Source: Rebecca billardiae RCC1528 (lineage: Eukaryota; Protista; Haptophyta). From it: a stretch of 64,000 bases of DNA. Of this stretch, positions 1 to 8,281 are shown one piece after another. Location: NCBI GenBank assembly GCA_965240325.2, contig OZ251248.1:310001-374000 (forward strand), written 5' to 3'. The stretch's first letter is position 1; each line of letters starts with the position of its first letter. A program made the position numbers and the translations under genes. The notes below the pieces were generated by a model that was not told where the DNA came from, searched no databases, and saw only the letters and a program-made list of their open reading frames with translations.

Positions 1-1630
1 TTTTCAGGTCTCGCGGGTGCGGATGTGCGTCAATCGATGAGCTGGTCTCGCAATCCCAAAATTGAGCCGCAACGAGATAGAAGGCAGGGCGGAGCCCCCG
101 GTGGCGGCTCGGCAGGCGAGGGCCGACCAAATCTTGACCTTTTGCCCTCGGCGGCAGGCGGGCAGCGGCAAGGCGGCCGAGCGCCGTTGGCGGGGCGCGC
201 CCGGGGCACGCCGCACGGCGCTGCGGGCGCGGATGTGCTCGCGGAGCCGGCTTGCGTGGACAGGCTGTCGCGGGAGAGTATCTGGCGCCCTCCTGCGCCG
301 CGCGTCTCGCGCCACGCCTCTTTTCGCCGCGGCTCAGGGCAGCGCGCACGCGCGCGCCGCCTCGAGGCCCGAGCACTGCCGCGCCGCAGCCAACCGCGCG
401 CGCGCCGTGCGCGGCGTGGTCGGGAAGGAACGGGGGGTGCTGCCGGGCGAGATGACGACATCATGTGCGCACGCCATGCCGCCCCGCGGCGCCGCGAAAG
501 GGCACGATAACGGATCCGCACAGCTGTTGACGAGTGCTGCTTTCTTGTCGTGCCTGAAGCCAGACCTGAGCTCGAAGAAGATGATGAAAGTGCATCCGCG
601 CGAGGAAAGCGTCGCACCCAGCACTTCTACATGACCACGCAGTGATGAACATTCATGTAAGAGTTTCCCGCGTGCCCGTCTGGCACTGTTCTGTGTCTCA
701 ATGATCGTCCCGACAAGGCGGTCACGACCGCGAGGCCGCGTGCACACCATTTGTGACAACTCGAAGAGGCGTGCAAACGGACCGGCGACACGCTCGGCAA
801 GGCGTGGCGGGGCGGCATGGCGTGCGCACATGATATCGCCATCTCGCCCGGCAGCCGCGCCCGTTCCTTCCCGACCACGCCGCGCACGGCGCGCGCGCGG
901 TCGGCTGCAGCGCAGGCAAGGCTGGCCTTGAGGCGGCGCGCGCGCGTGCGCGCTGCCCTGAGCCGAGGCGAAAGAGGCGTGGCGCAAGTCGCGCGGCGCA
1001 GGAGGGCGGCAGATACTCTCCCGCAACAGCCCGTCCACGCACGCCGGCTCCGCAAGCACATCCGCGCCCGCAGCGCCCTGGCCCGGGCGCGCCCCCCAGC
1101 GGTCACGACCGCGAGGCCGTGCGGCACACCTGACACCATTTGTGACAACTGGAAGAGGCGTGCAAACGGACCGGCGACACGCTCGGCAAGGCGTGGCGCG
1201 GCGGCATGGCGTGCGCACATGATGTCGCCATCTCGCCCGGCAGCACCCCCCGTTCCTTCCCGACCACGCCGCGCACGGCGCGCGCGCGACCGGCTGCGGC
1301 GCAGGCAAGGCTGGCCTTCGGAGGCGGCGCGCGCGTGTGCGCTGCCCTGAGCCGAGGCGAAAGAGGCGTGGCGCAAGTCGCACGGCGCAGGAGGGCGGCA
1401 GATACTCTCCCGCAACAGCCCGTCCACGCACGCCGGCTCCGCGAGCACATCCGCGCCCGCAGTGCCCTGGCCCGGGCGCGCCCCCCAGCCGGGGCCAGCG
1501 GCATCGCACTCGTGCCCGGCCGCAGCCGCAGGGGGCGGGTCAGAATCGGTGCTCCGCACCCGCGGCGGAGGGCTCCCGCCTCCAGGTTGCACACGAAGAA
1601 CTCATTTCCAGCGCATCGATTTCGTGAGCG
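1..1630. mobile_element. Foldback-type element with long inverted arms, left end probably outside the window
   Basis: About 186-486 is the reverse complement of about 808-1098 and about 1195-1489. Weaker inverted similarity continues outward (AATCGATGAGCTGG near 32-45 vs the reverse complement of CCAGCGCATCGATT near 1608-1621). There is a unique centre at about 487-717. No transposase was recognised. Confidence 0.55.
718..1489. repeat. Direct tandem duplication, unit ~381-390 bp, 2 copies
   Basis: GCGGTCACGACCGCGAGGCCG starts at 718 and again at 1099. The units are near-identical through ...GGGCGCGCCCCCCAGC. Confidence 0.9.
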
Positions 1631-1994
1631 GACTATCGCTGACGAGGCTGATTACTGCGTTCCACGGCTTTGCCGCGCTCGGGATTTGGCTTCTCCAATG
1701 GATGGATCTAGTTTCGTCATTTTCAATTGGAAAGCTCGATTAGATCGTTCAAGTGGTCTGATAGACGAAGCGGAAGACTAAATCTGCGTTGCTATGCCGC
1801 GGCCTCGCGCTCTGAATAGGGCGAAACCGCGGATTCCCAGTGCACGGGGAACGACCTGGTAGGCCGAGAGACCGCGCGCTATGAGTGACTAGCTATCTGA
1901 CTCTGAGTATATGAGTTATATTAATAATGAATAATATGCTGATATGACTAAATATATGTGCGCTGACGATATCGGACGATATATATACTAGGTG

Positions 1995-1998
<4 letters not shown>

Positions 1999-2032
<34 letters not shown>
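1999..2032. repeat. (TA)n microsatellite
   Basis: Uninterrupted TA run of ~17 units. Confidence 0.95.
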
Positions 2033-2036
<4 letters not shown>

Positions 2037-2909
2037 GCGTACAGTCTATAAGCGCGCAATCAGTCACTGTTAATCAGCTTCGACCAGTATCGTCACGACA
2101 GACGTGAGACGAATCAGGAGACTAGCTGCACCCTCTTGCCTGTGTCTTTAAATCATAGAATTAGTCCGTCCGATCATCAGCAGATATGCGCGCGAAAAGT
2201 CGCCTGGTCGAAATTCGAATATAAGCATGCACTGCTCATGCTGTGACTGCCGTCAGCAGCCAGTCAACCGTCAGCAAATTAGCCGCAAATAATTCGTCTT
2301 AGTAGTCGGTTATTCCGCCTCGGATATGAGCCACTGTCATCAGCAGTTAGACAGCTTCAACACGTTGTGATGATGTGGTCTGATGCTGATGGCTGTGTCA
2401 GATGACGATCGATTGTCTCGTCGGCTGCCAAGCATCAGGGCTGTTCGAGATGATGTCATCACTCATCAGCTGAACTGCACTAGTATACAGCATGCAGTAT
2501 ATTCATCAGTGCCCGCTGGAATCACAATAATTGGAAATGCTGACGATATGATGAAGCAGGCACCCTGCGCGACTGGTACCGTTGATATAAACTAATGGCA
2601 GGCCATCCCTGCCAGTCTGTCAGCTGAGCAACTGCAAGGGGCTTCCTGTGAAATAATACCGCATCCACTTTAACATGTCGTATACGTCATCACTGTAAGC
2701 AGCACTAAGCTCGTTTCACTGCTGTAATACGACGATACAAAACTCAACTGTCGTAGTATTGTAACGGGCTCCGGGTGACCAGACCGACGTATTGCTTCTG
2801 TATTGCCTGCAGGCCCCGCATAATCGCGTAGTCATCATCACTCATCAGCCGGTGCAGACGACGGCCGGATCGACCGGGACTTATTTATTGCTGACGAATA
2901 ACGATCACG

Positions 2910-5399
2910 ATGGCGGCGGCGGCTTCTGCTCGGCCCAATGGTAGCGCCCTCCCGACGACGATGCGCCGCGACAGGCTCAGATGGGCCATCGCCGCGATGG
3001 TGGCAGGTCTCGGCGCGATCGGCGGGAGCACTCCTTCCGCGCCTGCTCCATCCTACCACGGGCGCGTGCGTTGCCGCTCGGCCGCCGACGCGGACTCGCG
3101 CGACCCAGCCGCCTCGTCAGCGCGAGCGGCTCTCTCCGACGTGGACCCGACGACGGGTCTGCTACGCAAGTGGCCCGTGCGCGACACCGATCTTGCCGCG
3201 GTGGTGATCATCGCGGACAGCGACGCGAGCGTGCACGCCGTCGAGCTCGTCGAGCACTACATCGAGGAGGGCTTCGATCGCGTCTTCTTCCTTGCCAACG
3301 ACGCGGTCGACGAGAAGGGCGTCTGGCTGCGCGAGGCGCTGTCAGGGATCGACGCGCGGATGTGGGAGGTCACGCCGTTCCGCGACACCTGCCGTCGGTC
3401 CGACGAAGGCCACTTCGGCCACGCCCACGGCAACCGCCCCAAGCTGAAGCGAGGCGAGCGGCTCGAGTGGACGAAGTGGAACGATGCGCAGGAGGTGGCG
3501 AACACATGCGTGCTCCGCCGGCTGCAGGCGGAGGGCCGGTGGGGCTGGGTGGCGCACATGGACACGGACGAGTTCCTGCACTCGCGCGCGTGCCCTGGCC
3601 GCTCGGTCGTCTCGCTGCTGCGCGAGGAGCTCAGCTACTGCAGCGCCGTCTTCGCCCCGTGGCTCTTCTACTCGTTTGGCGAGCAGGCTGATGAGCCATG
3701 CGGTCGGCAGCGCGTGACACTGGACTGGCGCTCGCGCATCGACCCGCAACTCATCACGAAGAAGGATGTCACGGACGACGATGGCTACATGCCCAAGTTC
3801 GAGGGGTTCAACAACTACGGCAAGTACATCACCCGAGTCAACCTCACTTCCATGCTCGGCGTGCACAGCCCAACGTTCCTTCCTCACGCCGACGTGCTCC
3901 GCTGCATGTCCTCCTCCACCTCCATCAAGGGGCAAGAGCACAGCAGAGGAAAGCCGCCGGATGCCTTCCGAGACGGCGAGCGCATGGTGTCTCGGCGCGG
4001 CGCGCCGGCTGGTGGGAGCACGAACGGGAACGCATCGTATGTCGTTGTCATGCAGGGCTCTGCCAAAGCTTGGAAGAGGCTCTACACTCTCAGGAATGAG
4101 AGGGAGGTGCAAGCCCTCCCGTTGGCGATCTCACACTACCGCATCAGCAGCTTCGCACGCTGGCGCACCAAGCGCTCGAACGAATACCCGCTCGCCAGCC
4201 GGTACTTTGCCAAGTACCAGCCGTCTGACCCGACGCTGCGCGCACACGACGAGTCTGCAGAGCTGGCACGTGCCAACAGGCTCGAGGTGCGGGACAGCTT
4301 CATGCGTGACAAGCGCAGCCCGCTCGCGAGCCGGCGGCATCCACCCATGGCCGTGCGCGGCGCCGGCGCGCGCGCGGCACTGCTGATCGTGAACGCGACT
4401 GAGGCAGCCGACATCGTCATCGGCGTGGACTGCTCTCAGCCACCTCCAGAGCACTGTGCGGACGCCTTCGACGGCAGTGCCGCGTCGCCGAGCGTGCGGC
4501 CAAACCCGAGTGGACCCGTCGACTTTAGCCCATCGGCGGAGCAGAGGGGCTCGCTGCTCCGACTCGTCGTTGCGTCGACTGGTGTGGACCAGGCCTCTAC
4601 TGCGAGGGCCGTCGGCAGTGTGCTGTGCGCACGCGGCATGCGGACGGTCGGTCCTGGCGTGGCTGCGTGCCACGTGAGCAGAAGCACGCACGAGGTCCAC
4701 AAGCACTTCCTCCACTCGTGGGCCGCGCTCGTGGACCTGGTTGCAGGCTCGCCCTCTGCGGAGCCAGCGGCGGTGCGGAGTGCCATGCGGACCATCCGAA
4801 GTGCCCTGCTGGCGGTGACGCGCTCGGGCATCCACGCCATCGTGGGCGCGCCCTACGGCCAGCTGATGCTTGAGCTTGCGAGGCTTGCCCCTCGGGCCGT
4901 GCTGGTGCACGTTGCACAGCGGCCCGAGCGCTGGGCAGCGCAGCAGCTGTGGATGAGGTTTCGCCCCCGCTCCAAGTTGCCTTACGAGACAGCAGTCCAC
5001 TGCTCGCCCGCACCCCTGTCGCCACTGGCGCTAATTGTGAACGAGCAGGAGTCCGAGCTGTATCCTCAGCAGGTGTGCACCGCGTTCCACCGCTTCGCAA
5101 GCCGCCATACCCACGCAGCAGCGAGGCTGGAGTACACAGCACACAACGCTGTGATGCGAGCGGCACTGCTCGCCATGCGCGCCGGAAACAACCTTCGAGC
5201 AGGAATGTACATTTCCGCATGTGCCACCGGCGCCAAGCTGGCTGCCACAGCAGAGCCCAGCGCCACCTGGACTCAGTCGAAGGGGGAGAAGGTGCCCTTT
5301 GCCAGCATCAAGCTGCCGCGGCTGCGCTGGGAACGGGTGCTGGCTGTGATCGCGAGCGCAGTGAGCTCTCCCAGCTTCATGTGTGCTAATGCTGCATGA
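2910..5399 (+). CDS. Membrane-anchored GT92/GT2-like glycosyltransferase with C-terminal degenerate sulfotransferase-like domain (copy 1), intronless, 829 aa
   Basis: Hydrophobic N-terminal anchor (LRWAIAAMVAGLGAIGG). VEHYIEEGFDRVFFLAND resembles the E-W-x-x-Y-H-x-x-x-G-F-D-x-F motif of GT92/Glyco_tranf_2_4. WVAHMDTDEFL supplies a DxD motif, followed by LAISHY. The ORF is conserved in the paralogue at 11189-13699. Confidence 0.7.
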   Translation: MAAAASARPNGSALPTTMRRDRLRWAIAAMVAGLGAIGGSTPSAPAPSYHGRVRCRSAADADSRDPAASSARAALSDVDPTTGLLRKWPVRDTDLAAVVIIADSDASVHAVELVEHYIEEGFDRVFFLANDAVDEKGVWLREALSGIDARMWEVTPFRDTCRRSDEGHFGHAHGNRPKLKRGERLEWTKWNDAQEVANTCVLRRLQAEGRWGWVAHMDTDEFLHSRACPGRSVVSLLREELSYCSAVFAPWLFYSFGEQADEPCGRQRVTLDWRSRIDPQLITKKDVTDDDGYMPKFEGFNNYGKYITRVNLTSMLGVHSPTFLPHADVLRCMSSSTSIKGQEHSRGKPPDAFRDGERMVSRRGAPAGGSTNGNASYVVVMQGSAKAWKRLYTLRNEREVQALPLAISHYRISSFARWRTKRSNEYPLASRYFAKYQPSDPTLRAHDESAELARANRLEVRDSFMRDKRSPLASRRHPPMAVRGAGARAALLIVNATEAADIVIGVDCSQPPPEHCADAFDGSAASPSVRPNPSGPVDFSPSAEQRGSLLRLVVASTGVDQASTARAVGSVLCARGMRTVGPGVAACHVSRSTHEVHKHFLHSWAALVDLVAGSPSAEPAAVRSAMRTIRSALLAVTRSGIHAIVGAPYGQLMLELARLAPRAVLVHVAQRPERWAAQQLWMRFRPRSKLPYETAVHCSPAPLSPLALIVNEQESELYPQQVCTAFHRFASRHTHAAARLEYTAHNAVMRAALLAMRAGNNLRAGMYISACATGAKLAATAEPSATWTQSKGEKVPFASIKLPRLRWERVLAVIASAVSSPSFMCANAA

Positions 5400-5451
5400 C
5401 GACTCAGACTCGTCCGACGGTGGACATGCGATTGTGTAGTATCATCATCAG

Positions 5452-6217
5452 TCAGCGCACTACGCTGCGCGCTGACTGACGATACATGCTGATGTCGTCG
5501 TCTATATCGTTTTAGGAGGCAGCATGCTGCATTAGCATACGCACACATGATTATTATTGCTGACAGCATGAAGCTGGTCGAAATCACTGCGCTCGCGAGC
5601 GCAGCCAGCGCCCCGGTTCCCAGCGCAGCGGCGGCAGTTTGACACTGGCGATGGGCACTAGCTACCTTCTCCCCCTTCGATCCGTGATGCTGAGTCCAGA
5701 ATCGGCGAGCTAGGCTCCTAGGTGGTACTGGTAGCCAGCTCGGCGCCGTTGGCACACGCGGAAATGTACATTCCTGCTCGAAGGTTGTTCCCGCCGCGCG
5801 CATGCCGAGCAGTGCCGCGCGCATCGCAGCATTGTGTCGTCGTGCTGTGTACTCCCGGCTGCTCGCTGCTGCTTTTTGTTTTGCGTAGTGGCCGTATGGC
5901 GCCTATGGCGGCGTGCAAAGTGGTGAAACGCGGTGCACACCCGTGCTGCGGGTACAGCTGCTCGGACTCCTAGTGCTCGTTATATAGTATTCACAAGCAG
6001 CGCGCGAGTCAGAGTGGGCGACATCAGGCTGGGTGCAGGGGGTGGCGGGCGAGCAGTGGACGGCGGTCGGCGCACGTACGACGACTATATATATACACGG
6101 TCACTGAGCAGCCAGCAGGGCCGATTCAAGCTGGCGCACCAGCAGCTGCTGCGCTGCCCAGCGGCTCGGGCCGCGCTGTGCGACGTGACACCAGCAGCAC
6201 GGCCCCTGCCGGCCCGA
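5452..6217 (-). pseudogene. Decayed third copy of the glycosyltransferase 3' end and 3' UTR
   Basis: Colinear with about 11130-11705 (direct) and about 4890-5450 (inverted), but interrupted by many short insertions and frameshifts. Remnant peptides such as GNNLRAGMYISACANGAELA and KGEKV appear in different frames. Confidence 0.85.
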
Positions 6218-6228
6218 GCCGCTGATGA

Positions 6229-8273
6229 CACAGTGAACAAAAACGGGATTATCGTTACCGTAACCCGTCCGACACGAGCCGATTTTCGGGGAATTTCTCG
6301 CGCGGGCCGCACGAGCGCACAGACGACGCTACGGTGGTCGCGCAGGCGCCTGGCGAGTGCCCCGGGCATGGGACTGCAACATCCCACCCAGCCTCCCCAT
6401 CCCTCCGCCCCTCTCTGCCTCGCCGGGTTGCACGCGGCTGGCCGGTCACGTAGCTCGTGGTGAGCCATTCGTGAGCGTGGAGCCCTGCTGCTCAGTGCGG
6501 CGATGCAGCGAGGCGAAGCGGCGCGTAAGATGGCGCATCTTACTCCGAATGCAGTCTGCTACCAGCACAGCCGCCCTCGCCGGAGTGCCTGGTCGTCACC
6601 TTCGTCGTGTGCACGTGTCGCGCGCTGCCCATCAACGAGCGATCGTAAGCCTTCTCCGGAGCCATTCAAACACGCTCGTCCTCGACGATGCGTGCGCGAG
6701 GCACCGCGCGAGCGCGGGAGCGGCCCTTCCTAGCGTAGACCTGCACGGCCATCCACCTCGCCACAGCCTGCCATGTCACACTCCTCCCCACACACACTGC
6801 TCGCGTGCCGCGTGCCGGCCGGTCGACTAGCCAGACAGAAGGGTGCACAGATATTTTCGACTGCGAGGAGACGGCGGCGAGCACAGGCGCGCAGCGCCGT
6901 CCCGCGCTTCATTGGGATGTTCTAGACCAGTCGCGCGCCCGCGGCACCGCACCCGCCCTCTCCGCGTCGCGTGCCACTCCACACCGCGCGCGTGGCTCTC
7001 GACGTGTACGTCGAGGACATCTTGCGGCCGATTCGTACCCGCATGTATTCAACAAATACGACAAATCGCCGAGCTGAACGCACCTCGTCGCGCGATGGCA
7101 TGGTCGCGCTGTTGGACGTCGCTCGCCGCAGGAAAATCGGTACGCGACGAGAGCACGGCGCACGCGCACGGCGCGGCGTGGGAGGCGGGGCGGTGGTGTC
7201 CTCGAGCCATCCCGCCCACGCCGCGGTGCGCCAGCCGCCACCTCGCCGCGCCGTGGCCCATGCCGCGCGGCAGGTGTCGACCAGACCGACCTTGCCGCCC
7301 AAAAGAGGGCCGCACCGGAAATTCTGTATTTGTTGAATACGGACTTACCCATGTGCCCGCGGTGCGGCGGCGCCCGCGGCGGCGGCATGGCGCGGCGGCG
7401 GCGGCGCGGGCAGCCTGACGGGCCAGATAAGGCGCGCCAGGTCGGGGCGATCGTGATGGGATGGTTCCATACGCATCAGTGCGTGCTCCTGTGCATCTCA
7501 AGAGCGCGCTGGGCGCCCTCTCTCGCGCCTATGCCCATCCCACGCGGTCTGAGAAGCCTCCCGGTTTGGCCATTGTCGTGCCGTGCTCGGTCGTGGCTGC
7601 CCGGCGGGTCGGAGAGGTCGAGGCGAGCCGGGTCGTTCGCGACGGACGATGCCTATGGGTCATGGCGAGTGCCAGCACGCAGCTCGGGCGCGCGCCCGGC
7701 GCCTCCTCGCCGCGCTACATCCACACCAAGATCTGGCCCAAAACCAGGCTTCAAGAGCGAAACTCAGTCTGGGAGCTCCTCAGGCCGCTGTGTGCGGTTT
7801 GAAGGCGCGCAAACTTGTGGAGCGGGTGCCCACATGGGTTGAGCACAATGCGACGTTGCGTTTTTCCGCGACACACCACTTCCTCGCCTCTCCGCGCGCG
7901 TGCCGTGCGGCTCCCGTGAACTCATCTTAACAGGTCACGTGTGGCCGCCCGTGGGGCGAGGGTGGGCGAGGAGGGGCGGGCGAGGGTGACGCCGCCCCGA
8001 GGAACCGCCTTGGCAAGCCGGCCGACGCCTCGCAGCCCCCCTCGCGGCAGTCATGCGCGCACGCCCGCCGCTCGGAGCGCGCCATCGATTCGAATGGGCG
8101 TGCGCACGACCGACCATGCTCAAACGGCTTCCGGCCCGATCTTTCTCCACTGTGCGCGGCGCGAAGTGCCGCGAACGGGGCATGAAAAAAATTCCAGCGC
8201 ATCCCCACTGGGCGGAAGTGCGGACGGGTTACGGACTTACGGTAACGCCGAAAATCGCGATTTCTTTACTGTG
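6229..8273 (+). mobile_element. Non-autonomous DNA transposon, CACTA/EnSpm (CMC)-like, copy 1 (~2045 bp)
   Basis: Termini CACAGT...ACTGTG. Imperfect ~46-bp TIRs share CGTTACCGTAACCCGTCCG. There is a 2-bp TSD GA (6227-6228 and 8274-8275). Confidence 0.8.
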
Positions 8274-8281
8274 GAGTGATA

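Noticed and set aside
6229-6245. CACAGTG-A-ACAAAAACG resembles a V(D)J RSS heptamer plus nonamer or a Transib/RAG transposon end (mirrored at 11082-11098)
   Set aside because: The spacer is 1 nt, not 12 or 23. The opposite ends lack the nonamer, the TSDs are 2 bp rather than the 5 bp of Transib/ProtoRAG, and no RAG-like ORF is present.
6300-8200. ORFs inside the 2-kb element as a transposase
   Set aside because: They are short, Arg/Ala-rich and disrupted differently in the two copies, with no DDE or other recognisable motif.
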